DNA from: Octopus sinensis
Taxonomy: Eukaryota
Reading direction: 5' to 3'
Assembly (NCBI RefSeq): GCF_006345805.1
Contig: NC_042999.1
Span: forward strand, 102,672,001-102,736,000
Length of the DNA: 64,000 bases
A program made the translations under genes and the position numbers. Below the pieces are notes generated by a model. That model was not told the DNA's origin. It ran no database searches and saw only the letters and a program-made list of their open reading frames with translations. Of this stretch, positions 38,815 through 50,620 are shown piece after piece; position 1 is the first letter of the stretch, and the number at the start of each line of letters is the position of its first letter.

Positions 38815-39960
38815 ACGTGTGTCTGTGTGCGCGTCATGTATACAGTATAATAGACTGGCCGTCATGAGAACAAATGTGTGTGTGCGTGTAAGCATAGATG
38901 TATGCGCGTGTTAAGAACATAAAAGAATGGTAACGAAGGAGACAGTGAAAGAGTCTATAGCCATCGAAGTGAGAAGTTCATAGACACAAGAAAGAGAATA
39001 CCAGTTCGTAGTCGTTAGTACACAGTAGTTGAAATACTGTATCAAGAAGTTGCGGCCATGACGCTGAGCCGGTTGCAGCTGTTGGAACCTGGACAAGATG
39101 CTTGCTGAGCTATGTACGTAGAGAAATGATGTCGACGATGTTGAGAAGATGGTAGCGACGAAGGAGGTTGCCGTAATGCTAATGCACAAAGTTTGTAAGT
39201 CTCAACATGGCTGCTGTGGTGTCTTATGTGGCCAGTGGCTAGACCTAAAAAGTTCTAGAACCGAAAGACCTCGGGATCTTTTCGGTTTGAACGGCAGTTT
39301 TTAAAAATAATTTCCACGTAACTAAACACTTTTAAACTTCGTATACTGGTAGAATGTGTTTATAAAACATCTTTTTCTCTTGGCTTTATTGAGAAAATTC
39401 TATAGTTTGTAAGGTATTTGTCGTTATTTTTCTTCAATTTCTGCAATTTCAACCAATCAATGACGTCTATTGAGGTGAAAACATTCTGTGCCGTATGAAT
39501 ATGTCCCTCGTTTAAGAAAGAGAATGGGTTTATTTACATTTCTGAAGAAAAAAAGATACCCTTCCCCTCAACCCTAACTAACCCTAACCCTAAAACAGAT
39601 TGAAATGCAATATATCGATACTAGGGTTATAATTATGGGTGACAATTTCATATGACACCGCTAGAAAAAAACTGCCGTTCAAACCGAAATGATCCAGACC
39701 TCGAGAGGAGGAGGTGAATTTTTATAAAGAACAGCAGGCTAAAACGGGGTTGAGAACAGGCTGTCTCACGTGATCGTATTTAGAGGCTCTGATTGATTAT
39801 ACGCAGCAAATTGGCGTGACAGAATTAGGGACAAATGGCGCCAATACCAATCAAAGTAGTGGACACAACGGGGCCCAAATAGCGGTCAGAGGCCAGCTGT
39901 TATCTGCTACATTGGAATGCACGTATATATAATATAGGGGAGAGAGGAATTTCACTCGAG
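38815..39960. promoter_or_regulatory. CpG-rich promoter-like region, interrupted by a MITE
   Basis: Locally CpG-dense; AACATGGCTGC 39204-14, E-box TCACGTGA 39766-73, AAATGGCG 39833-40 (YY1-like), CCAATC at about 39848. Direction unresolved. Confidence 0.45.
39274..39695. mobile_element. 422-bp MITE, 29-bp TIRs, 8-bp TSD (Merlin-like or hAT)
   Basis: TIR GGATCTTTTCGGTTTGAACGGCAGTTTTT vs rc GGATCATTTCGGTTTGAACGGCAGTTTTT (1 mismatch); TSD AGACCTCG at 39266-73 and 39696-703; internal CCCTAA repeats at 39572-93. Confidence 0.92.
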
Positions 39961-40569
39961 TGTACGCTACATATCATATATATCATACTTATGGGTGCCT
40001 CTTTTATAACTTCTTCTTCATGCAAAGACAGTCTTATTCATTTAGTTTATCATAAATCTTATAAAGAGGAATAACTTCTTTATACACTGACGTCAGCATG
40101 TCATTTGTATGGCACATCACCTATTCGCATCTTTAGACGCAAAATCTTGATCCTTGACATTTCTTATTGAGATTTGGGTTGCAACCCATATCAATTAAGA
40201 AAGTTTTCATTTTTTTACTGTTCTGTTGATAAAATGTGTATATGAAGTTAATTTTAGCTGGTTTCTTTCTTTGCTTTTCCAGATTATGGCTTAAAGCATT
40301 TACTAGCATAACTGAGTGTACCATTGATTATTGGTATAAATGTAAATTTATAATCAGGGTGAAAGAGCTGCAAGTTTCAGAGTAGTTGTTCATGAATATT
40401 CTCCTTCTCTCTGATTTTGGAAGAGCTGTTTACATCTGCAGGGCAACTAACCTCTATGTCTCTACGTGTCTCTTTTTATGTACCAAATAGCTATGTTCGG
40501 TCTGTTATGTTTGCACTTACCAGAAGTTTTGATGAGAATGTTCTACCATTATGCCTTGTGTTGACATAT

Positions 40570-40578
40570 GCACGCACG

Positions 40579-40609
<31 letters not shown>

Positions 40610-40616
40610 ACACACA

Positions 40617-40647
<31 letters not shown>

Positions 40648-40692
40648 CTTATCATCATCATTATTACCATCATCATAATTATCATCATCATC
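40570..40692. repeat. (AC)n/(ATC)n microsatellite
   Basis: Direct. Confidence 0.97.
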
Positions 40693-41172
40693 AAGAAAAT
40701 TTGCTTTGGGATTTAAAAATGCACCCGAATCTTAAAACGTGTAGTCGTTTTCAAATTTTGTAACAGATTTATTAGAATGTCAAACGGGTTCAACAATTGT
40801 TCGTTTATCAATGGCAAATAAAAAGAAAGAAATAAACGTTCGTGGAGAAGTTAGTAATAAAGGAAACTTCAGAAGGACATGCTTAAAAAGATCAAATGCT
40901 CATACAAATTCCAATGAGTTTCAGAGAGATAGAAATCAATACAAGTTTGATGAATAGCATTACAGACATACGCGACTGAAAGTTCAGTAATATTGCATTA
41001 TATTAACAATTAGATACAATGAAGTTCTTATAAAAAGGGTATGAGGAAAAATAAAAATACTTTTTCAATTTTTGTCGAAGTGCATGAAAGAGGATTCTTT
41101 GTCACTGGTTTTGCAGGTGAGAGTTTGAACTCTTAAGATAAATTGGCTTTGTATATATATACATATATATGT

Positions 41173-41216
<44 letters not shown>

Positions 41217-41289
41217 TGTGTTTATGCGGTAAAGGATCATGTTCTGATTGGTTGTATATTTAATGACGTCACTTGTTTTTGTCCATCAA

Positions 41290-42179
41290 TACGAGATCTG
41301 ATCAATAAGTATCCGGAATGTTGCCATAGTAACGAAGCTAAAGCACGCAGAATGAAGCCGCTTGGCACAGATTAACATTGACCTCTGCTGTGCATGCACA
41401 CTAAGTTTTAACGTTCTGGCTCAGTTACCCTGTTTACAGCAGTGCTTAAAAGGAAGGTGTGTAATGTGTAACCGTCGCATTGACCACGACAGAAAAAGTT
41501 GTCATGACAACACCTGCTCAGAGGACTACGGAAAGTTGCAGAAAGTGTACGGAAAGAAGTGTATGAGTTGCACACAAGTGTACGAGTGGTTCAGACGATT
41601 CCATGATGGCTGAAAAGATGTCGATAATGACGAACATTCTGGGAGACCCGCAACCAGCAGAACTGAGAAAAACATCGCAGATGTGCATGCAGCTGTGAGG
41701 GGAAATCGTCGAATCAACTTCTGTGTGTTATCAGAGGATGTGCAGATTATTTACAGTTCAGTTAGGTTCATTATCACTTGGTATGAGACGCATGTCTGCC
41801 AAGTTTGTGCCAAAACTGCTTTCAGCTGACGAAAAAGACACTCGGCTTTCAGTTACATGAGAAGTCCTTGATTGTGTTGAGAACGATGAAAACTTTTTGA
41901 AAACTTTGCGTACCTCTGAGCAGGTATCGCCAAGCTTTTGGCAAAATTTGATGCAAATTCTCTGCTCAACTTTCTCTGTCTTAGTCAATGCAAAGATCAC
42001 ACATTACACATGTTACTTCCAAGCGCTGCTGTAAACAGCGGAAGTGAGCTAGAACATTAAAACTTTAGTGCGCATGCACTAAAGAGTTCAAGGTCAATGT
42101 GTACCAAGCAGCTTTACTCTGCGTGCTTTAGCTTCGTTACTATGGCAACAGTCTGGATACTTATCGATCCGATCACGTA
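41290..42179. mobile_element. mariner derivative made of two inverted 5' ends
   Basis: TA-bounded; both ends read TACGxGATCxGATCxATAAGTATCCxGAxTGTTGCCATAGTAACGAAGCTAAAGCACGCAG. Plus arm encodes YGKLQKVYGKKCMSCTQVYEWFRRFHDG...HSGRPATSRTE; minus arm encodes TEKVEQRICIKFCQKLGDTCSE; junction at about 41909. Confidence 0.92.
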
Positions 42180-42180
42180 G

Positions 42181-44810
42181 ACTACTATTTCGGTGGCTGA
42201 TCGCCTTAATGTCTTTTGGTTTATGGCGTTCTGGTTGATTGACTTCCTGGTGATGTCATTTGCTTGTCGAATGTTTCGATCCCTTGTTTTTGATGCAGTT
42301 CTCTATCCGGTTGATTTTCTGCTTATGTTTGTTGTTGTCAGAGGACTTGGTACCTTTTTTGGTTTGACAGTTGTCCAGCGTTCCATTCGGTTGATTCTCT
42401 TAATAAACCACTGGTTTCGGTCGACTCAATGTTTATTTGGTTTTTTCCCCTGAAGGTCTGGTTTTAACCAGAAAACAATCTCATTGATTGATCTTAGGGT
42501 GACGTCAGCAACTGGTGCTTGGGAAGGTGTAAGGTGTTATTGTACAGCAGTTTGGAGTTAGGGTTTCGAATCCCTGAGGTAGCCCGTTATTTAAACTTTT
42601 GATTTATGCCTGTTGTCTCTGGTCGTTTTACGTGAATAAATTGTTTTTACTCATTCTGGTGTGTTTTTATAGGGTATTCAGTTGTAGTTTATACTTCTTA
42701 AAAAACATATTTTCCTCATTTACTCGGAATTGGGCTGAAGCTTTTCCGGTGCATTGATAGAAAGGGAAAAATCTGGTGTTTCAGATTTCTGTTTGCGGGT
42801 ATTGATCTAAGTGTTTACCTATAGGAATTTCTGTGGTTGTTGGGTAACGAATCTGTTGTCTGTGTACTGTCGGTCTGTCCCTCAAGGTCAAGCTCATTTG
42901 ACCCATGTATTCCCGACCACACCCGCCACATTTGAGAACATAAATTAATTTCCTCGTTGCACAAGTAAAAGGTTTTTTTTATGGAGAATGTTTGACCTGA
43001 CTTGAATTCATATATTGAACATTCCATTAGGTTGGTGCAGGCCTCGTAGTTAGGGCGGTTACATATTTTGTCTAGTAGGGTTGCATTTTTGGTGGATGAT
43101 TTGGCGCTAGTGATTTAGGTCGACTTTTATTTTAAATAATTTTATGTGCTTCGAGTGCTTTTTCAATCGCATGTAGTTCATGAGAATGGTTTTATAATTA
43201 TGGATGATGTTGTATTCTTCTATGTTTCTTGTTTTTTGTGTTGACACGAAAGATAAAGTTTTAAGTGTGTCAGAAGGTTTTCTTGTTTTTTGTAATTCTT
43301 GGATGCCTATTGTTTTTGCACGTTATATTCCATTGTTGATTAAACTGACTGGGTATTATTTTTCTAGCAATATATTGTTAAGTTCTTGGAGTCGTTTTAA
43401 CCGAATTTCGATATTGGACACAATCATGCAAATTCTTCTTGCCAATATAAAAGGTATATTGATTTTAGTATGCTTTGGATGGCCGGAAGAAAATTAATAG
43501 GTAATGTTTTGAGTCTGTTGGTTTAAAAGAAATGTAGGTTTTAATGTTCGTATCTCTTTTTGTGATGATTAAAATGTCCAGAAAGAGCAGTTGCTTTTCA
43601 TTTTATTCCATTATAAATTGAATACTGTGGTTAATGTTTTTAATCAAGATGTTCAGTTTGATGAGTTGATCAAAATTATGTAACCATAGAATGAAACAAT
43701 CGTGTTTTCAGTTGGCGAGTAAGTATTTTCGGAAGTTATCACCAAATTTTAGCCTGGCATTTTCGTATATTTGGACTTCTAAGTACCCCATGACAAGATT
43801 AGCAAAAGTGGGGGCTACCCTCGTTACCATAGCAGTCCCAGATATATGTCTGTAGATACTGTCGTTGAAGTTGAAAAAATGATTTTGTTGGATGAATTTT
43901 AATCCTTCAATGATAAATCCTTTTCCAGTTCGGTCAGGTATGTCATTTAGAAAATTTTCAAGCCAGAATTGTGTAGCGTCTATTCCGTATTCAGTGTAAT
44001 TGCAGCGTAGATATTTTAATCAACGAATAAGACATAAACAGATTCCACGCTGGTTTTACTCAGGAAATGGTTTTAAAAGTTTGAAGCATTTCTTACGAAA
44101 CTCAGTATATACTGAAGAATGGGCTTTAGAAGACCGCCAATGAAGTTACTCACTCTATGTGTCTCACAGGATGGAGCCGCCCCAATTAGTGTCATTTTGA
44201 GAGATCTCTGGAATGTAGAATATTAATAACCAATGTGGTTGATCTGCTACTGGCTTCATCATTGTGGAGTTTTCTGAAGTCCGTAAAAGTCTTGGACGAA
44301 GATAGTGAGCCGTTTCATTATTTTGGATTGTTGGTACTTGTTAATTTTTTCGTAAAAGGTATTGTCACATAGAAGAGAACGTGTAGTGTTTATGTATTGT
44401 TCCTAGTCCATAATGACTACAGTACTACCTTTTACCATCTTCCTTAATATTTATATTTTGATCATCCTTGAGATCATTAATGATTTACCATTCTTCTCGA
44501 CTTGCATTTGGTTTAAATTTTGGATGTAATAGTAAATTGTAGGGGAAATTGGTTACAAAATCACAAAATTTGCCTAGAGTTTGATTCTTCCCTTTTGTCG
44601 GATTGTAGTTGCTTTCATTATGAAACATTGAATGATCATTGATTTCTTTGTCAAATAGTTCTTTTGTAACCGGTAGTTTTCTATAAAATTCTGAGACATC
44701 ATTCTGTATTTCATAGAAAGTTTTGAATTCATTGGAATTTTGGAGTGTACTTTAGTCCTTTCGAGAGAATTTTAATTTGTTGGGTTGACAGAGTTTTGTG
44801 TAAGAGATTA
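42181..44810 (-). mobile_element. Penelope-like element, decayed (RT + GIY-YIG + terminal repeat region)
   Basis: Minus strand IKEDGKGSTVVIMD, FYGLQK, YRHISGTAMVTRVAPTFANLVMGYLE, LLFLDI, KPTDSKHYL..HPKHTKINIPFILARRI, then IYVLKCGGCGREYMGQ...VHRQQI (GIY-YIG); stop at 42667-69; many stops and frameshifts, catalytic YxDD region damaged. Confidence 0.93.
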
Positions 44811-44812
44811 AC

Positions 44813-44844
<32 letters not shown>

Positions 44845-44945
44845 GTGTAAGCTTTCGATATAATTATAATGTTATACTTTTGGAACTAATAAACTGCAAT
44901 GTAAAAGGAATAGCGCAAAGTTAGGCGATATGGGAACTAATAATA

Positions 44946-45381
44946 ATAATCCTTACTACTAAAGGCACAAAGCCTGAAATTTCAGGGGAAAAGCTGTGTC
45001 GATTACACCGACCCCAGTGTTCAACTGGTACTTATTTTATCGACCTCGAAAGAATGAAAAGCAAAGTCGACCCGGCGGAATTTGAACTCAGAACATAAAG
45101 ACGGATGAAATGTTGCTAAGCATTTTGCCCGACGAGCTAACGATTCTGCCAGCTCGCCGCCTTAATAATAATGATAATCCTTTCTACTAAAGGCACAAGA
45201 TCTGAAATTTGGTGGGAGGGGACTAGTCGATTACATCAATACTAGTGTTTCACTGGTATTTAATTTATCGACCCCGAAAGTATGAAAGGCAATGTCGACC
45301 TCGGCGAAATTTGTACTCAGAACGTAGCGACGGGCGAAATATCGCTAAGCATTTCGTCCAGTGTCCCAGCTCGCCGTCTTA
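44946..45381 (-). mobile_element. two tandem family B SINEs
   Basis: Two copies of ...ATCGACC(C/T)CGAAAG...GTCGACC..GGCG.AATTTG.ACTCAGAAC...CAGCTCGCCG, separated by (TAA)n. Confidence 0.92.
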
Positions 45382-45653
45382 CATATACTACTACTACTAC
45401 TACTACTACTACTAATAATAATAATAATAACAATGCGCTATTCCTTTTACACTGCAGTTAAGTGGTTCTAAAATAATATATTATTACAATTGTAGCGAAG
45501 CCTAGAATCGAAACCTTTCAGGTTTAGTAAGTAGGATCAGATCACACTTAGATCAAGTAACGTGCTCTTAATGCTATCCAATCAGCTCGTAGAAATATCA
45601 CCCCATATTACAGATGCTTTTTCTTATTTCCCATTGTGCTGCCCTTTTTACAG

Positions 45654-45693
45654 AGAACGATCTTTTTCAAGAATTTCTCACTTCAACATCTTG
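45654..45693 (+). CDS. possible 40-nt exon
   Basis: Strong acceptor gctgccctttttacag and donor TTG|gtaata; all three frames open, so the frame is unknown. Confidence 0.22.
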
Positions 45694-46008
45694 GTAATAT
45701 CTCTTCCAACTGACCCGTTTTCTTAAAATTCTCGTAATGGTCTTTGCTTAGTAAACGTTCCATTATCTAAAGGTTCCCCAACACTGCATTGCCGTCCTCC
45801 TTAAGAAGTCATATCAATTCAAAAGACTACAAATTCCCACGGAGATAAATTTCGCAATGTCGACCAGCAAAATCTCAGAATCAAACTTTGAGGGTATCTA
45901 ATTTTTAGGCAGAAGAGCCACGTTTCTATTGCGGTTGATAAACTATACATCAATTGAAACGTCTGCTTTCTGTGCAAGACCAGATAATAGATTATATATG
46001 CATGTATG

Positions 46009-46039
<31 letters not shown>

Positions 46040-47095
46040 TTCAGTTTTATTTCAAGATTTCTTACTAATAGTGAAAGAGCCGGTTTCTAACCTAGATCGA
46101 AGTCTCCTTCATTGGAATTTCAACATCAACAGGGTATGTATGCATACGTGTAGATTTATATGTTTTGTTTTATGTATATCTTCTCATGCATATACTTGCA
46201 TATCTAAACGTGCTCATATATACGTAAATGATAAACTTGTGGAAAGTTTTACAGATTTCTACAGTTCCAGTGATGGCTTGGCTCTGTAGTATGTATGTAA
46301 AATAGTTAAAATAGCAATAGCATCGGTTCTTAAAGAACACCCACGTTAAAATGGCGATAAACACTACCTCATAAAACACTTTTCCTTAAATGGATTGCAC
46401 CTCTCTAGTATTTTCAGCCTTTATGAACCAACCTTCAGGAGTTCATAATTAACTTCAGCGTATTCCCAAGCCAGGGAAAGTCACACAAAAAACTGGAAAA
46501 GTCATAAAAACTTATGGTTCCACAGACAAAATAAACAAAGATGTTAATTGAATCACGAGAAATAAATTAAATTTGTCATCGAAAATACTTTCTAAGAATA
46601 TATATATAAAAAAAAACGTTATTATTTTTTTTTTACTTCTCTATTTTATATTTAGTCTCAAGAGTAGCGAAATAAATTAATTTAATAAATTTATCCAAAC
46701 AAATTATGACGGCAATTTAGTCAAATTTTTAATACAAATTCATTAAAAATGCCAAAGCTACAAACGAAAAAAGCTGTTAATTTAATATGCATTTGAACTT
46801 AATTAGGGTATAACCTAATTCCCTGCTTAACTATCCGCTAAAGCAGTAGTGTCAAATTACTACGTTTTGAGTTCAAATTCCACCAATGTCAACAGAATAC
46901 TTTGTAGTTACTTAAGTCAAACGCTTTATGCTTTGAGAGTTCAGGTAGGCGTAGTTTATTTGTCTATCTAAAACTAATGTCTATCTAAAACAAGATGTTA
47001 TGTAAAAATTAACTGAGACAAACAACAGGAAACACCTTTGTGCTTTCCCGCGAAAATTCTATGACAAAGCATAGCACTTGTTAAGGAAATCATCC

Positions 47096-47320
47096 CGAGC
47101 TGGCAGACACGTTAGCGCGCCGGGCGAAATGCTTAGCGGTATTTCGTCTGCGTTACGTTCTGGGTTCAAATTCCGCCGAGGTCGACTTTGCCTTTCATCC
47201 TTTCGGGGTCGATAAATTAAGTACCAGTTACGCACTGGGGTCGATGTAATCGACTTAATACCTATGTCTGTCATTGTTTGTCGCCTCTATGTTTAGCCCC
47301 TTGTGGGTAGTAAAGAAATA
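47096..47320 (+). mobile_element. family B SINE monomer
   Basis: GAGCTGGCAGACACGTTAG...GGGTTCAAATTCCGCCGAGGTCGAC...GGGTAGTAAAGAAATA. Confidence 0.92.
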
Positions 47321-47701
47321 TGCAACTTAATGACAAAGAAAGGAAATCCTTAATCTGTGTTATCCAAAAGAACTAACTACTCTAATGAGTCAGTGTCGTA
47401 GCTGCTACTTAGGCGTCCGACCCACTAAAAGAGAGTCAAATCTACATCAAATTACAACCCTCAAAAAAAGTATGTGGATGTGTTAGGGGGGATGCATTGA
47501 ATATTATAATCTTATATACAATAAGTTTGAAGAAAAAATAAGCGACTTGGTGATTACTGTTAAAACCTCATTGATGCGTAGATGTATTAGATCATGGTTG
47601 ACGTGGCGATGTTAAAAATGAACGACAGCAGTCGCTAATTAGCTCTAATTGTATAGCAGGGAGAGAAATGAAAACGAAATGGTGAACATATTTTTTTTTC
47701 A

Positions 47702-48340
47702 CTGGCAAGCTGGCGGAATCTCTAGTACGCCGAGCATAACGCTTAGCGGTATTTCGTCTGCCGAAGGCGGCGAGCTGGTAGAATCGTTACCACGCTGGGC
47801 GAAATGCTTAGTGGTATTTCGTCTGTCGCTACGTTCTGAGTTCAAATTCCGCCGAGGTCGACTTTGCCTTTCATCCTTTCGGGGTCGATAAATTAAGTAC
47901 CAGTTACGCACTGGGGTCGATGTAATCGACTTAATACCTATGTCTGTCCTTGTTTGTCCCCTCTGTGTTTAGCCCCTTGTGGGTAATAAAGAAATAGGTA
48001 TTTCGTCTGCCGCTACGTTCTGAGTTCAAATTCCGCCGAGGTCGACTTTGCCTTTCATCCTTTCGGGGTCGATTAAATAAGTACCAGTTACGCACGGGGT
48101 CGATATATTCGACTTAATCCGTTTGTTTGCCCTCTTTGTGTTTAGCCCCTTGTGGGTAGTAAGGTAGTAAGGAAATAGGTATTTCGTCCGTCTTTACGTT
48201 CCGAGTTCGAATTCCCCGAGGTTGTATTTGCCTTTCATCCTTTCGAGGATAAAATAACTATCAGTTGAGCATTGGGTTCGATATAATCGACTTACCCATC
48301 TCCCTGAAATTGTTGGCCTTGTACAAGAATTTGAAAAAAA
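47702..48340 (+). mobile_element. tandem array of family B SINE units
   Basis: Partial head 47702, full head 47765, then units restarting at GGTATTTCGT at 47813, 47997 and 48178 (periods 184 and 181 bp). Confidence 0.92.
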
Positions 48341-48528
48341 TATTTATTGCACAAATTGAATGGAATAGTTACAACCAGGAAACGAAACCTCATTGCTTAC
48401 TTTGCATATCAGTCATCATATATGCGTATCGAAGTATGTGTCGACGGATTTATTTTATCAAGAACACATGACATTTACTTCTGAAACTAACAACACCAAA
48501 GCTTCTGTGAATTTGATGTATGTTCCAG

Positions 48529-48590
48529 ACGAGCTCAAAGATATTCAAAAAGATTTACGTTCAGATTTTGGATTCGACCATAACCAGTTG
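48529..48590 (+). CDS. possible coding exon (DELKDIQKDLRSDFGFDHNQL)
   Basis: Donor TTG|gtgaga at 48590; acceptor tatgttccag (or tttatcaag at 48462); lies within the 76-aa open frame 48393..48623. Confidence 0.27.
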
Positions 48591-48958
48591 GTGAGAGATA
48601 ATTACCACCTTGTTGTTAAATAATAGCTTGCGCATCACTTAATTATATTCTATAAACATAATACGCCAGAGGTTTGCCATTTTGGCTTTGATTTCCACCG
48701 CTACAAAGCACACAAGATGACAACAGTAAGTATTGTAAATTTATTTGAAGATCTGTTTTCCATATATTGGTGTACTGACAATATCCTTAAGAATATAATG
48801 CTGCTGGTTTTTCTTATAGCATCTTGCAACCACGAAATAGAAGAAAAAATATAAACACGTCAGAAAAGAAGTCATTAAAAGAGAATTAACGCAGTGTTTT
48901 ATTTTGTATATGTAATACATCTGACAGAACAAATTAAACAGGGAAAATTTAGTTTTTC

Positions 48959-49335
48959 AGTGGCTGTGTGGTAAGTAGCTTGCTAACCAACCACATGGTT
49001 CTGGGTTCAGTCCCACTGCGTGGTATCTTGGGCAAGTGTCTTCTGCTATAGCCCCGGGCCGACCAATGCCTTGTGAGTGGATTTGGTAGACGGAAACTGA
49101 AAGAAGCCTGTCGTATATATGTATATATATATAAGTGTGTGTGTATATGTTTGTGTGTCTGTGTTTGTCCCCCTAGGGCTAGTATGTTTATGTCCCCGTC
49201 ACTTAGCGGTTCGGCAAAAGAGATCGATAGAATAAGTACTGGGCTTACAAAGAATAAGTCCCGGGGTCGATTTGCTCGACTAAAGGCGGTGCTCCAGCAT
49301 GGCCGCAGTCAAATGACTGAAACAAGTAAAAGAGT
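48959..49335 (+). mobile_element. tRNA-derived SINE, family A
   Basis: Head GTGGCTGTGTGGTAAGTAGCTTGCT, tail ...GACTGAAACAAGTAAAAGAGT; CpGs retained. Confidence 0.92.
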
Positions 49336-50284
49336 AACTAAAAAGAAAAAACGTAGAAATACTTATGTTCATGTATATTGGGTTGAAAGACGTTGTAACC
49401 CTCATTTAACGTCTCCAGGATAACTTACAAAGGAGTGTGGAACTGTTCAAATTAAGTGCAGGAACAAAATTTGCTTAGGGGTGCAAACCTAGTTTCAACT
49501 AGAGATGTTCAAAACATTTTCATTGCTCCTCCACCAAATTTTAGGCAGCGCGCTTGCACACTCTGTTCCCAAGCCTATACTGTTTGTTTTAGACACTCTT
49601 ACAAAATGAAGTCCTCTTTCCATCTATACGAATAACAAATCTATTCCATGAGATGGAATAGATCTACAACTTCAACACGAAATAACTTCTAAAATACCAA
49701 ATTTTGTCAAAAACGTTCAGAGTAAACCATGTTCCACGTGAGGAATTCTACCAGTATTCGAAGTTTCAAACTGTTAAAAATTAATTAAAAAATCTGTGAT
49801 TGAGATGGAATAGGTCCCAGATAACAAATGAATGGTGATGCCATTGACGCATTTAAAAGTACTTGAGAGGAATATTCAAGGAATTCGTCTTAAACATCTC
49901 TAAGTAATAACAGCTCTCTCTCTCTTTCCCTCCCATTTCTACATCATTTATTGCTTGTCATTGGACTGCGGCCATACTGGGACGTCGTCTTAAAAGATTT
50001 AGGGAACAAAATTAGCTTGAAACGAACTTAGATGTGAGTGATGTGACTATCTGATCTTGTACTTTCGGGGTACAAGAAAGCAATCACTCTCTAGCCGTTG
50101 CTTTAATAATCCAGAATTCTACTAGTCAGAAACAACAAGACGCAGACGTAAAATATACATATAACTACTTTATTCTCTTTCTTGGTAACAATAACAATAA
50201 GTGTGTTATCTGATGTCCTTGATTCTGGGCGCGCAAGGCTGAAAGTTAATAAATTGTAATATTTACAATCTTCAGCCCAAAAAC

Positions 50285-50620
50285 AGAAAGGGGTCAAGAT
50301 GGCGTCGAACAGGGAAGTTGAATGTGGTCGGCAACAATTTGGTTAAAGGTATTCGGCCGACTGCTGCTATCAACCGGAGAGAATATATGCATGACCGCCG
50401 CCTTCAATCGCTGGGTCCCAAGTCCACGATGACTGCTGCTAGTGGTCAAACGTTCTACGACCCCCTTGCCTCGCTAACCACCACGATAGGCAAGCGGGTC
50501 GTGCTTCCGGTGGTTCGCGCATGCGCGAGAGGGCCCTTCCTTTCTGTGCCTTGGTAAAGGCACCAACACGCGCGAAATACAAATGGACGGTGCGCGAGCG
50601 CGCACCGCTGTAGGATCACT
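50285..50620. promoter_or_regulatory. CpG-island-like housekeeping promoter candidate
   Basis: CAAGATGGCG 50295-304 (YY1 consensus), CTTCCGG 50504-10 (ETS core), perfect palindrome TCGCGCATGCGCGA 50515-28 (NRF1-like), inverted repeat CGGTGCGCG-AG-CGCGCACCG 50588-607; GC-rich in an AT-rich background. Confidence 0.65.

Noticed and set aside
39572-39593. CCCTAA repeats considered as a telomere or fusion relic
   Set aside because: Only about three units, and they lie inside a TSD-bounded MITE.
47702-48340. tRNA-like sequences considered as tRNA genes (also all SINE heads)
   Set aside because: A/B-box-like motifs continue into SINE bodies; no complete cloverleaf or acceptor stem was found.
49639-49663. 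11-bp hairpin ATCTATTCCAT-GAG-ATGGAATAGAT
   Set aside because: Short and AT-rich with no supporting context.
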